Shown here: positions 20,692-31,200 of the stretch, one piece after another | How positions within the stretch are numbered: position 1 is the stretch's first letter | How the letters are laid out: the number at the start of each line of letters is the position of its first letter | Notes under the pieces: generated by a model | The model's database searches: none | The model's input: only the letters and a program-made list of their open reading frames with translations | What the model was told of the DNA's origin: nothing | Made by a program: the position numbers and the translations under genes | Source of the DNA: an uncultured Aquimarina sp. | Lineage (GTDB): Bacteria > Bacteroidota > Bacteroidia > Flavobacteriales > Flavobacteriaceae | DNA: 64,000 nt | Assembly (NCBI GenBank): GCA_947498455.1 | Contig: CANMKK010000033.1 | Coordinates: 2-64,001 of the forward strand | Direction of reading: 5' to 3'

Positions 20692-21654
20692 ATGCGAAGT
20701 CTTAAGGACTACTTAGTAATTTCATTAAAAGGAATTGCTATGGGAGCTGCAGATGTTGTACCCGGAGTATCAGGGGGAACAATTGCTTTTATATCAGGAA
20801 TATATGAAGAACTTATTTCTACTATTAATACTTTAGATCTTACTTTTTTTAAACTATGGAAAAAAGAAGGATTTGTTACTTCCTGGAAAAAATATAACCT
20901 TTCTTTTTTAGTAGCTCTTTTTTTAGGGATTGCTATCAGCGTACTTTCTCTAGCCAAAATAATCAAATGGTTATTACATAACGAACCACTACTATTATGG
21001 TCCTTTTTCTTTGGATTAGTTTTAGCTAGTATTTTATATATCGGGAAGCAAATTACAAAGTGGAATCCTAAGATTATCATTAGCATTTTACTTGCCGCTA
21101 TCATTTCGTATTTTATAACCATTGCCGAGCCTCTAGCATCTCCAGATAGCTTGTGGTATCTTTTATTCTGTGGTTTCATTGCTATAATTGCGATGATCTT
21201 ACCTGGTGTATCAGGGGCTTTTATACTATTGATTCTTGGAGCTTATGAAACATTTATCTCTATTCTAAATCAATTTCGGGAAGGATTAACCACATTTAAT
21301 TTTGAGCTTTTATGGCAAGCCTTTTATAAAATTATAATTATAGCAATTGGAGCCATTGCAGGTCTTAAATTATTTTCTAAAGTACTCAATTGGATGTTTT
21401 CTAATCATAAAAACACAACACTTGCAATACTTACGGGATTTATGATTGGATCACTAAACAAATTATGGCCCTGGAAAAAAATACTATCTTACAGAACAAA
21501 TTCAGAAGGTCTACAAGTCCCTTTCATAGAAAAAAGTATTTTACCTTTCCAAATCGAAGGTGACCCAAGAATTATTTGGGTTTTAGGTTTTATCACCATA
21601 GGTTTTATATTAATCCTTATATTAGAACGTCTAGCAATTAAAAAAGAAAATTAA
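20692..21654 (+). CDS. DUF368-family membrane protein (copy 1)
   Basis: Polytopic protein with twin motifs VPGVSGGTIAFISGIYEE and LPGVSGAFILLILGAYE. Confidence 0.85.
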   Translation: MRSLKDYLVISLKGIAMGAADVVPGVSGGTIAFISGIYEELISTINTLDLTFFKLWKKEGFVTSWKKYNLSFLVALFLGIAISVLSLAKIIKWLLHNEPLLLWSFFFGLVLASILYIGKQITKWNPKIIISILLAAIISYFITIAEPLASPDSLWYLLFCGFIAIIAMILPGVSGAFILLILGAYETFISILNQFREGLTTFNFELLWQAFYKIIIIAIGAIAGLKLFSKVLNWMFSNHKNTTLAILTGFMIGSLNKLWPWKKILSYRTNSEGLQVPFIEKSILPFQIEGDPRIIWVLGFITIGFILILILERLAIKKEN

Positions 21655-21657
21655 TGC

Positions 21658-22677
21658 ATGTCTCAGAATACCAGAACCTTTAGCGATAAACTTTTTTTAG
21701 TTATTAAAGGTCTTGCTATGGGAGCTGCGAATAAAGTTCCCGGAGTATCTGGAGGGGTTGTTGCTTTTGTTGCTGGTTTTTATGAAGAATTTATTTATTC
21801 TCTCCAAAAAATAAACGGAAAAGCCTTAAAGTTATTTATAAACTTTAGATTCAAAAGTTTCTGGAGATATATAAACGGTCGATTTTTAGCACTACTAATC
21901 CTTGGGATGCTAATTAGTTATTTTAGTGTTTCTAAAATCTTAGATTATCTAATTATTCATTTTGAGCTATATGTCTGGGCGGCTTTTTTTGGCATGATTG
22001 TAGGTTCTATATATTATATCATTAAAGATTTTAATGATTGGAGTAGGCGAAATATCTCTTTAATTCTTATTGGAATAATTATAGGAGTCGCTATTAGTTT
22101 ATTAGAACCTGCCAAGGAAAATGATAATTTATTGTTTGTTTTTTTCTGTGGTATAATAGGTGTTTCGGGAATGACACTACCTGGATTATCTGGTTCTTTT
22201 ATTCTTATACTTTTTGGAAATTACGTCTTGCTACTTGTAGATGCAGTTAATGCATTATATGATACCATTACCGATCTTATACAATGGGATTTATCTTTCA
22301 TGCATAATGCTCAAAGAATACAATTACTGAAAGTATTGGTCGTTTTCAGCTTAGGATCAATAACTGGTTTAGTAACACTTTCCCACCTTTTAGGGTATGT
22401 ACTGAAACATTATAAAAATGCCACTTTTGCAGCTATAATAGGGTTTATAACGGGTTCTCTTGGTGTAGTATGGCCTTGGAAACATAAGATTTACAAATTG
22501 GATGATTTTGGAAAAACATTAATAGATGCGCAAGGAGATCCAGTATTGGATAATTATGACAGATACCTACCTGATTTAACCATAGCTCCAACATATATTG
22601 CCTTTTTTTTCGTCTTGATCGGAATTGCAATTGTACTGTGGTTAGAATGGTATGGAAACAGAACTTTAAAAAAATAG
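21658..22677 (+). CDS. DUF368-family membrane protein (copy 2)
   Basis: Paralog starting 3 nt after copy 1, with motifs VPGVSGGVVAFVAGFYEE and LPGLSGSFILILFGNY. Confidence 0.85.
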   Translation: MSQNTRTFSDKLFLVIKGLAMGAANKVPGVSGGVVAFVAGFYEEFIYSLQKINGKALKLFINFRFKSFWRYINGRFLALLILGMLISYFSVSKILDYLIIHFELYVWAAFFGMIVGSIYYIIKDFNDWSRRNISLILIGIIIGVAISLLEPAKENDNLLFVFFCGIIGVSGMTLPGLSGSFILILFGNYVLLLVDAVNALYDTITDLIQWDLSFMHNAQRIQLLKVLVVFSLGSITGLVTLSHLLGYVLKHYKNATFAAIIGFITGSLGVVWPWKHKIYKLDDFGKTLIDAQGDPVLDNYDRYLPDLTIAPTYIAFFFVLIGIAIVLWLEWYGNRTLKK

Positions 22678-22684
22678 TACAAAA

Positions 22685-23413
22685 ATGAATATATATGGAT
22701 TACTCGGAAGAAATATTAGTTACTCCTTTTCCAAAAATTATTTTTCAGAAAAATTCAGAAAAGAAAGTCTGAATTGTGACTATCAAAATTTTGATATTAA
22801 AGATATTAAAGAATTAGCATTGATTCTAAAAAATCAAGACATAAAAGGAATGAATGTTACCATTCCTTATAAGCAAGAAATTATTTCGTTTCTGGATGAG
22901 TTAGATCCTATTGCAAAAGAAATTGGTGCCGTTAATGTGGTTAAGTTTGACATAAACGGAAAATTAAAAGGTTATAATAGCGATTATTATGGTTTTACCG
23001 AGTCATTAAAACCACTTCTTAATAACTCCATAAAAAAAGCAATTATTTTAGGAACAGGAGGTGCATCTAAGGCTATAGCATATGCCTTGAATGGCCTAAA
23101 CATAGCACCTACTTTCATTTCTCGTAACCCCGATTTTAATGAACTTAGCTATAATGACCTTGATGAAGACATTATGAGAGATTTTAAATTAATCATTAAT
23201 TGTACTCCACTGGGTACACACCCCAATATTGAAAATCACCCAAGTATCCCATACGAATATGTAGGTAAAAATCACGTTTTGTATGATCTAATTTATAATC
23301 CTGAAGAAACAACTTTTATGAAAAAAGGTAAAGAAAAAGGAGCAACCGTTTCTAATGGCTTACAGATGTTAATACTTCAGGCTGAAAAATCATGGGAGAT
23401 TTGGAATACCTAA
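22685..23413 (+). CDS. aroE: shikimate dehydrogenase
   Basis: Motifs YGLLGRNISYSFSKNYF, NVTIPYKQEI and the Rossmann ILGTGGASKAIAYAL. Confidence 0.88.
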   Translation: MNIYGLLGRNISYSFSKNYFSEKFRKESLNCDYQNFDIKDIKELALILKNQDIKGMNVTIPYKQEIISFLDELDPIAKEIGAVNVVKFDINGKLKGYNSDYYGFTESLKPLLNNSIKKAIILGTGGASKAIAYALNGLNIAPTFISRNPDFNELSYNDLDEDIMRDFKLIINCTPLGTHPNIENHPSIPYEYVGKNHVLYDLIYNPEETTFMKKGKEKGATVSNGLQMLILQAEKSWEIWNT

Positions 23414-23606
23414 TATTTTTGCATTTTCACATTAAAACATTATTACCAATATAACATAACGAATTCCTAAAACCTATTATTTGCTTTGAGTTTATATCAG
23501 ATGTTAGTATCTTAGTCAGGTATTATGTTGTACATGATTACACAATACGCTGATAATCAATAAAATAAATACATCGTCAGAAGAAAAACAAAAAACATTA
23601 CATACA

Positions 23607-25658
23607 ATGTCTACACATGATAACCTGCCTAAGGCAGATGGAAACGAGGAGAATAAGATTAAAACTTTAGAAGAAAACCAAAAAGTAACGGCAACTGATG
23701 TTACTACTGAAACTGTGTCATCTGAGGATACAGTATCAGAAAAAGAAGCAGCAGAAGCTTCTAAGGAGGATACTTCTAATCCTATTCTAGATTCAGAAAC
23801 CAAAACAGAAGAGACAATTGTAGAAAAAGTAGTCCAAAAAAAGGAAGTTTCAACTGATACGAATACTGATGAAATTCAAAATCAGATGGACGAAGCAGTT
23901 GCAAAAGACAGCGAAGATGAAGCAAAGCTAGAACGTCATGATATAGAGAAAAAAGACTATCATGCAATGAGCAAAGAAGAACTCATTAAGGAGTTTCGTA
24001 GTTTAATTCGAAATGAAAAAATACAAGCTATAAAGGAGCATGTAGAAGAAATTAAAAATGAGTTTAATGATAAGTTTAACGAGGAAGTAGAACAAAAGAA
24101 AGACGAGTTTCTTGCAGATGGCGGTAATATTATAGATTTTTATTACTCTACACCATTAAAAAAAGAGTTTAACTCTATATATTTTGATTATAAAGAAAAG
24201 CGTAATACATATTATCAAAATCTAAAAAAAGACCTCCAAGCAAATTTACAAAAACGTCTAGATATTATTGAAGAGCTGAAAGGTCTTCTTAATGTCGAAG
24301 AAAATATAAATACTACCTATAATCATTTTAAAGAAATTAAGGAGAGATGGCATAATGCAGGACCAATTCCTAGAGATAAGTACAACACGGTCTGGAACAC
24401 ATACCACCATCATACTGAGAATTTTTATGATTTCTTGCACCTAAATCGAGATTTCAGAGATCTTGATTTCAAGCATAATTTAGAACAAAAACTTAAAATT
24501 ATTGAACGTGCTACTGAGCTGGCTCAGGAAACAGATGTTAATCGCGCATTTAGAGAATTACAAATTCTTCATAAAATGTGGAAAGAAGATTTAGGACCAG
24601 TTGCAAAAGAATACAGAGAACCTATCTGGGAAAAATTTAGTGCTCTTACCAAGAAAATTCACGAAAATCGCCAAGAATATTTCAAAGAGCAAGACAAGGT
24701 TTATGAAAAAAACCTAGAATTAAAACAAGAGATTATTTCGCAAATTACTATTGTAGGATCTGACCACCCAAAAAACCATAGTGGTTGGCAACAAAAAATA
24801 AAGGAAATAGAAGCTCTTAGAGAACAATTCTTTACAGCTGGTAAGGTGCCATCTAATGTAAATGAGGAAACCTGGACTCAGTTTAAAACTGCAGTAAGAG
24901 ATTTTAATAGAAATAAGAATGCATTCTATAAAAGTCTTAAAAAAGATCAGTTTGATAATCTAAATAAAAAAATGGAGCTGATTAAAATAGCCGAAGACAA
25001 TAAAGAAAGTGATGATTTCTCTGTTACAACTCCATTGATGAAAAAAATTCAGGCTGATTGGAAAAAAATTGGACACGTTCCTCGTAAAGATAGCGACAGA
25101 ATTTGGAAAAGATTTAAGGATGCTTGTAACTCATATTTTGATCGTATCCATGCAGAAAGAGATGAGGCCAATAAAGAAGAAGTTGCATCTTATGAGAAAA
25201 AGAAAGCTCATATAGAAGCTATAAAATCTCTTAAACTTATTGGTGATCCAGAAACTGATCTAAATAGTATTAAAGAAAATATCAGTATCTGGAAAACTCT
25301 AGGAAGAGTACCTTATAAAAACAGAAATATAGAATCTGATTATAATAAAGTATTGGATGGTCTTTTCGAACAACTAAATCTGAGTCGTAAAGAAACTGAA
25401 ATGATCAAATACGAAAACAAACTGACTTCTTTGTCTAATCAAGAGGATGACAGAGCGCTTAAAAATGAACAAAATTTTATTCGTAAAAAGATTGATGAAG
25501 TTAATGGCGAGATTCGTCAGTTAGAAAATAATCTTCAATTCTTTAAACATGCACAGGATGATAACCCTCTTGTTCTAGAAGTTCAGAAAAATATTTCTAA
25601 ACATAAAGACACATTAGAAGTTTGGAAAGCTAAATTAAAAAAGATCAAGCAACTGTAG
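23607..25658 (+). CDS. DUF349 repeat protein
   Basis: Acidic T/E/S-rich N-terminus followed by repeated helical modules with conserved W and K/R, such as IKERWHNAGPIPRDKYNTVWNTY and IQADWKKIGHVPRKDSDRIWKRF. Confidence 0.75.
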   Translation: MSTHDNLPKADGNEENKIKTLEENQKVTATDVTTETVSSEDTVSEKEAAEASKEDTSNPILDSETKTEETIVEKVVQKKEVSTDTNTDEIQNQMDEAVAKDSEDEAKLERHDIEKKDYHAMSKEELIKEFRSLIRNEKIQAIKEHVEEIKNEFNDKFNEEVEQKKDEFLADGGNIIDFYYSTPLKKEFNSIYFDYKEKRNTYYQNLKKDLQANLQKRLDIIEELKGLLNVEENINTTYNHFKEIKERWHNAGPIPRDKYNTVWNTYHHHTENFYDFLHLNRDFRDLDFKHNLEQKLKIIERATELAQETDVNRAFRELQILHKMWKEDLGPVAKEYREPIWEKFSALTKKIHENRQEYFKEQDKVYEKNLELKQEIISQITIVGSDHPKNHSGWQQKIKEIEALREQFFTAGKVPSNVNEETWTQFKTAVRDFNRNKNAFYKSLKKDQFDNLNKKMELIKIAEDNKESDDFSVTTPLMKKIQADWKKIGHVPRKDSDRIWKRFKDACNSYFDRIHAERDEANKEEVASYEKKKAHIEAIKSLKLIGDPETDLNSIKENISIWKTLGRVPYKNRNIESDYNKVLDGLFEQLNLSRKETEMIKYENKLTSLSNQEDDRALKNEQNFIRKKIDEVNGEIRQLENNLQFFKHAQDDNPLVLEVQKNISKHKDTLEVWKAKLKKIKQL

Positions 25659-25665
25659 CCTTTTT

Positions 25666-26292
25666 ATGAACTGCTCATTATGTGGATCAGAAACCACAAA
25701 ATTTTCTGTAACACATAAACGGGTATATCATAATTGCTGTATTTGCAAGGGTATACTATTGGATTCTTCTTGTTTCCTTTCTTCTAAGCAAGAAAAGAAA
25801 CGGTATGAAATACATAATAATGATATAAATGATAAGGGATACCAAAGCTTCGTATCCCCTATTGTTCAATCTATTTTAAAAGAGTATACTGTAGATGACA
25901 ATGGGCTAGATTTCGGAAGTGGTACAGGTCCCGTCATTACATCTTTACTAAAAAAGCAAGGGTATCGAATATCTACTTATGATCCTTATTTTGATTTAAA
26001 CCCCGAAGCATTACAAAAAAAATACGACTATATTGCCTGTTGCGAGGTTATGGAGCATTTTCATAACCCACATCAAGAGTTTAAATTACTTCACTCATTG
26101 TTGAACAAAAAAGGATCTCTATACTGTAAAACAAGTTTATACAACAAAAACATAGATTTTAATTCCTGGTGGTATAAAAATGACCCTACTCACGTTTTTT
26201 TTTACACAAAAGAAACGTTAGAATGGATTAAGAATCACTTTTATTTTAGAGATGTTTTCTTGTCTGAAAAATTAATAGTTTTTAGGAAATAA
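25666..26292 (+). CDS. class-I SAM-dependent methyltransferase with an N-terminal Cys4 zinc-ribbon
   Basis: CSLCGS...CCICKG followed by the SAM motif GLDFGSGTGPV. Confidence 0.75.
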   Translation: MNCSLCGSETTKFSVTHKRVYHNCCICKGILLDSSCFLSSKQEKKRYEIHNNDINDKGYQSFVSPIVQSILKEYTVDDNGLDFGSGTGPVITSLLKKQGYRISTYDPYFDLNPEALQKKYDYIACCEVMEHFHNPHQEFKLLHSLLNKKGSLYCKTSLYNKNIDFNSWWYKNDPTHVFFYTKETLEWIKNHFYFRDVFLSEKLIVFRK

Positions 26293-26461
26293 AGTATCCC
26301 TAAAATAATTAACATTTCTTTTTAATATCAACCATCACAGGTGTTAAATAGTGTTACTTTAATTTCAGAAACTTTATTAATACTCTATTTTGTAATCGAA
26401 AGACATATACTGTAAGTGTCTATAAATGTTTACAATTTTTAATAATTAATACATTTTAACT

Positions 26462-26686
26462 TTGAGAAATTTATTAAAATTAGGAACACCTTTAAGCAAA
26501 ACAGAACAAAAATTCATTCATGGAGGAACTGGAACTCCTGGAGAGGAAGCCCATAACGCAGCACTTGCAGAATGGCACGCTGCCATGGCGGGTAAACCTT
26601 GTCCGGTTACGGATCCATGTGTAACCTCGCAGGGAGGCGCATGTGTAAATTTATGTTTATCTGATCCTTTAGCTGCTGGACGATAA
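26462..26686 (+). CDS. double-glycine-leader (bacteriocin-type) secreted peptide precursor
   Basis: The leader LKLGTPLSKTEQKFIHGG fits the L-S-x-x-E-x-x-x-I-x-G-G pattern. The core of about 52 aa has 4 Cys. TTG start (ATT 26453 is the alternative). A strong hairpin follows directly. Confidence 0.55.
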   Translation: MRNLLKLGTPLSKTEQKFIHGGTGTPGEEAHNAALAEWHAAMAGKPCPVTDPCVTSQGGACVNLCLSDPLAAGR

Positions 26687-26700
26687 CGATTAAAATACTT

Positions 26701-26730
26701 GACCAGATATAACTTAAGTTATATCTGGTC
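26701..26730. terminator. Perfect palindromic hairpin between the peptide gene and susD
   Basis: GACCAGATATAAC, TTAA, GTTATATCTGGTC (13-bp stem). It sits between convergent genes. Confidence 0.7.
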
Positions 26731-26792
26731 AAGTAGCATATTAATTTAAATTTATTTTCTATTTTTTTACCTAAATTATATCATACACTTAT

Positions 26793-28238
26793 TTAATTAG
26801 GATTTTGATCTCCTGCTCCAATTTTGTCATTTGAGTTTAATTCATTTTCTGGTATTTGTAACCTAAAAGCATTTGCTTCTGCACTATGATCTATTTTACC
26901 AAAATCTTTATGATTCGAATTCCCAGAACTTCTATCTAAAGGCTTCTTTAATCTTTTTAGGTCAAACCAGGAAACCCCTTCTCCCCATAATTCTATTCGC
27001 CTTTGAAGATATATTTCTTCGATTAAATCATCTCCCATAGATGTTGATCGTATATAACCCGAATCTCTAGTACTAACCAGATTAAATAAAACATCAGCTG
27101 CCGTTCCATCTCCTAGTCTTGCCTTAGCCTCTGCTTCAATCAAATACATTTCTGCAGATCGCATATACACATAATCTCCTTCAAAAGAATTTGTTCCATC
27201 TACAAACTTAGTATTTGCATAATCTGGTAATGTCTCACTACTGCCTGGGGCGATGAAGGCATCTTTCCTCATATCTGTATCTGATATTTGATCATATAGC
27301 CTTGCATCTATCAATTTATATCCATTAGTTGCACCTGCATATCCTCCCAAAAAACTGTCATAATGAGAGAAAAAAGAAGCAAATGTTGTACTCGACTCAC
27401 TATCAATATCTGCTCCCCACATCCATTCTGTATTTGAAATATCATCAAAACCATCTTCTATCCATTCCGCGCCAGTCATTAGCCCAAAATCAGACCTTGC
27501 CATTTCAGCATTACTTGCTGCACTCAACCAATCACCAGTTTCTAAGTAAACTTTTGCAAGAATACCTTGTGCAACAGATTTATTGACTTGTTGTTTATTC
27601 AATCTAGAAAAACCATCTAAAAAATCAATAGCCCTATTTAAGTCAGGAATAATCTGATCATATACACCCTGTACAACTCCTCTTCCTTTTCCTTCAAAAT
27701 TTAGTCTATCCGGAATCGGAATACCAGGATCATTTTCATGTCCTAAGTAAGTATGAGCGTATATCCTAACCAAATTAAATAATGCAAAACTTTTTAAAGT
27801 TAATGCTTGTCCTAAAAGAGCCTCTTCTTCTTCTGTTAAACTATCGCGACTCTCTAGTCCATTAATAACGATATTAGCATCCGCTATAACAGAATAATAG
27901 GTAACCCATATTAAACTCGTTCTATCACTGGTCTGAACCCTTCCTTGGTAATTGTATGAAAAAATATACCAATTAAAATTATTCAACACAATATCCTGTG
28001 CCATCATATCCAAAGCAGCAGTTATTCCTCTATGACCATAATCCACATGTCTTGTTGTACCCCCAACTCCAAATGTTCGTAAATTAGCATATATACCATT
28101 CACTAATGCTTCATTTGCAGCAGGTGTAATGGCTATTTGTTCTGTGGATATTGAGTTTTCGGGTTCAGTATCTAAATAATCTTTCTCACAACTTATTAAG
28201 AAAAACGTAAGTGTAAATAAAAAAAATATCTTTTTCAT
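26793..28238 (-). CDS. SusD/RagB-family nutrient-binding outer-membrane lipoprotein
   Basis: Lipoprotein signal FFLISCEKDY and TPR-like SusD fold length. It lies immediately downstream of susC. Confidence 0.9.
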   Translation of the reverse strand: MKKIFFLFTLTFFLISCEKDYLDTEPENSISTEQIAITPAANEALVNGIYANLRTFGVGGTTRHVDYGHRGITAALDMMAQDIVLNNFNWYIFSYNYQGRVQTSDRTSLIWVTYYSVIADANIVINGLESRDSLTEEEEALLGQALTLKSFALFNLVRIYAHTYLGHENDPGIPIPDRLNFEGKGRGVVQGVYDQIIPDLNRAIDFLDGFSRLNKQQVNKSVAQGILAKVYLETGDWLSAASNAEMARSDFGLMTGAEWIEDGFDDISNTEWMWGADIDSESSTTFASFFSHYDSFLGGYAGATNGYKLIDARLYDQISDTDMRKDAFIAPGSSETLPDYANTKFVDGTNSFEGDYVYMRSAEMYLIEAEAKARLGDGTAADVLFNLVSTRDSGYIRSTSMGDDLIEEIYLQRRIELWGEGVSWFDLKRLKKPLDRSSGNSNHKDFGKIDHSAEANAFRLQIPENELNSNDKIGAGDQNPN

Positions 28239-28243
28239 AGTTA

Positions 28244-31200
28244 TTATAATTTAACAGTTAAACCAAATGAAGTACTTCTTACTATAGAATATTCATTTAT
28301 AGCATTACCAGTTATACTTAATCTCGGATCATATCCTTTTCGAGCCTTAGACCATAAATACACATTATTTGCTGAAGCATAAATCCTCACACTTGTAAAG
28401 CCTATTTTATCTACTAAATCAGGCTTGAAACTATAGCCAATTGTAATATCCTGTAAACTCAGATATGTTGCATCAACCAAAAAGAAATCAGAGCCTCCAT
28501 TTTGATCCACTTCAAAAACATCTAACCTTGGTAAACTTGCAGTTGTATTTTCAGGTGTCCAAGAATCAAACACATCTTGGTGTAAATTATTTCCAGGTGA
28601 CGTAGAGCCTAATAGGTCTTGGTATATTCCATCATAACCATATCCTCCTATCTGATAAGCAAATCCTAAACTTAAATCAATTCCTTTATATTCAAAATTA
28701 GTACTAAAACCTCCATACACATCAGGAATAGCTGATTTACCTACAAAATATTCAGTTGCACTAGCTCTATCTTCAGTGGTAATTCGATTTCCTGTTGGGT
28801 TTCCATTATCATCTAATTCATTCATATACCATAAAGCATCACCATTTGTTTCATCTATTCCAGCATATTGACGCATAAAATAATCGTATCTTGACCTTCC
28901 TTTCTCAAACCTAAAATTACCATCATCAATAAACTCATTAGGTAATTTGGTGATTTCATTCTTGTAATGAGTTCCATTAATACTCATAGACCAATTAAAT
29001 TCTGAAGTATTAATTATGGTACCAAATAATTCAATCTCAACACCTCTATTTTTCATATCCCCGACATTTGCAGGTCTAGCTCCTACCCCTTCGGATATTG
29101 CAATAGGTTCAAAAAACAATAAATCATCAACTTTTCTCTCAAAATATTCAGCATTAAGAGATACGCGATTATTAAATAAACCTAATTCAAACCCTGCATT
29201 GATATTTGTCGATGTTTCCCATACCAAATCTTCATTCCCCAATTGGAAAAATGAAATTCCGGGAACATTATTTCCTGCATTGACAATATCAAACTGATCT
29301 GTATAAGCGTAATAATTTCTATTATCCGTATCTCCTATAATAGTTCTATCATCCTCATATAAGAGTGCATCATTACCTTGTTGTCCGTAACTTGCTTTAA
29401 CCCTCAATACAGATAACCAATCAACTCCAGCTAAAAAATCTTCGGCATGAACTGACCAGGCGCCTCCAATACCATAAAAATTACCCCATCTATTATCAGT
29501 ATGAAATACAGAAGATGCATCTCTCCTATAACTTGCATTCAAAAAGTATCTATCTTTAAAACTATATGTCAATCTAGATAAATACCCCTCAACTCTATAA
29601 TCTTTTTCATACCCAGTAAGAAATTGAATATTTACTCCATTATTTAAAACAGGAAGATTCTCAATTACTGTTTCTGTAACCTGCCCTGCTAATAATCTAA
29701 AATTATAATCATTACTTTCATGCCCTACTAAAACGGATATAGAATGCTCATCAAACTCTTTATTCCAATTTAATAATTGTTGATGAGAAATAGTAATACC
29801 TCTATTAGATCTTGTCGTTATTCTACCATTCACTGTCCTTGCATCTCCACCTATCGGAGTAGCGAATTGCTTAATATTTCCATCAAAGACATCGGCTGAA
29901 AAATTATAAGTAAACTCAAAGTCTGTCAAAAATTTTACTGACATATTTAACCTACCAGAAATATTATCAGAAATATTTTCGTCAGAATCTAATAGATTTG
30001 TAGCTACAGGGTTTTGGTCTGCAACAAATGCTGGCCGTTGCCCTACAGTTCCATTCGCTCCGTTACCAAAATCATATACTACATTACCATTGGCATCTCT
30101 AACAATTTGTCCATTCATATCCCTTCCAAAAACAGGGTATATAGGAGCTGTGCCCCTAGCCCAACCAAATAGATTACTCGTAGTACCAGACCCCAGTCCT
30201 AGTAATGGTGAATCTTGTTTAGTATGTGCATAATTAAGACCTCCACCTACTTTTAACCAGTCAGTAGGTCTAAACTCACTTGATAATCGCGCTGTTGCCC
30301 TTTCAAAACCAGAATTTATAGCAAAGCCTTCATCTTCCAAATGACCAATAGATAAAAATGTATTCACCAGATTATTACTATATTTTAAGCTTAAATAATT
30401 TTCCTTTCTAATACCCGTCTGAAAAGATTCATCTTGCCAACTATCGTTATATAAAAGTCTAGCATTGGGATTAACTCTTCCTGTAGCAACATCAATAATC
30501 TGATCATCAGCAACATTATAATTATTATAACCCAACGAAAAATCACCCCCACTAACCAATTGACTAGAAGCTATTTGAGCTGCATCGGATGGATCTGTTC
30601 CAGTATCAATCAATCCTATTCTCCACCTATTATACCACATTTCATAATATACTCCTGGATCTGTTATAATATTGTATTCTGGTACAGCTCTCGTATTCAC
30701 ACCTATTTTAGTATCTAATGTTATATCTAATTTTCCTTCTTTTCCTTTTTTAGTAGTAATTATAATTACACCATTTGCTCCTCTACTCCCGTAAAGAGCA
30801 TTAGCTGAAGCATCCTTTAAAAAAGTCATCGACTCAATATCTTGATTATTGATAGAGTTTAAATTACCATTAAATACTACTCCATCAACAACATATAAAG
30901 GAGCACTAGATGAATTGATAGAACCAATTCCTCTAAATCGAACTGTTGGATCCTCTCCTGGTTGTCCATTTTGATTTATTATTTGAACCCCTGGGACTTT
31001 TCCCGTTAATCCCTGAACAACACTAGCCGCTTGAACTTTCTCTAATTGGTCTGTTTTTACTGTTGTAACTGCCCCTGTTATTTCTTTTTTAGCTTGACTA
31101 CCATATGCTACAACAACCACCTCTTCTAATGCAGAAGCGGCTTCAGAAAGTTTAACATCGATGGTAGTGTTTTCTCCAACAGTTATTTCTTTTGTCTCAA

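Noticed and set aside
23516-23967. Minus-strand ORFs 23516..23803 and 23782..23967 near the DUF349 start
   Set aside because: They are antisense to the acidic, repetitive N-terminus of the DUF349 protein. The Ser/Val-rich translation is a mirror of the E/T-rich sense frame.
26462-26686. Complete lanthipeptide or radical-SAM RiPP cluster around the GG-leader peptide
   Set aside because: No LanM/LanB/LanC-like, rSAM/SPASM, YcaO or C39-ABC exporter ORF is within reach. The adjacent methyltransferase is a generic class-I enzyme with no evident link. Only the precursor-like gene can be supported.
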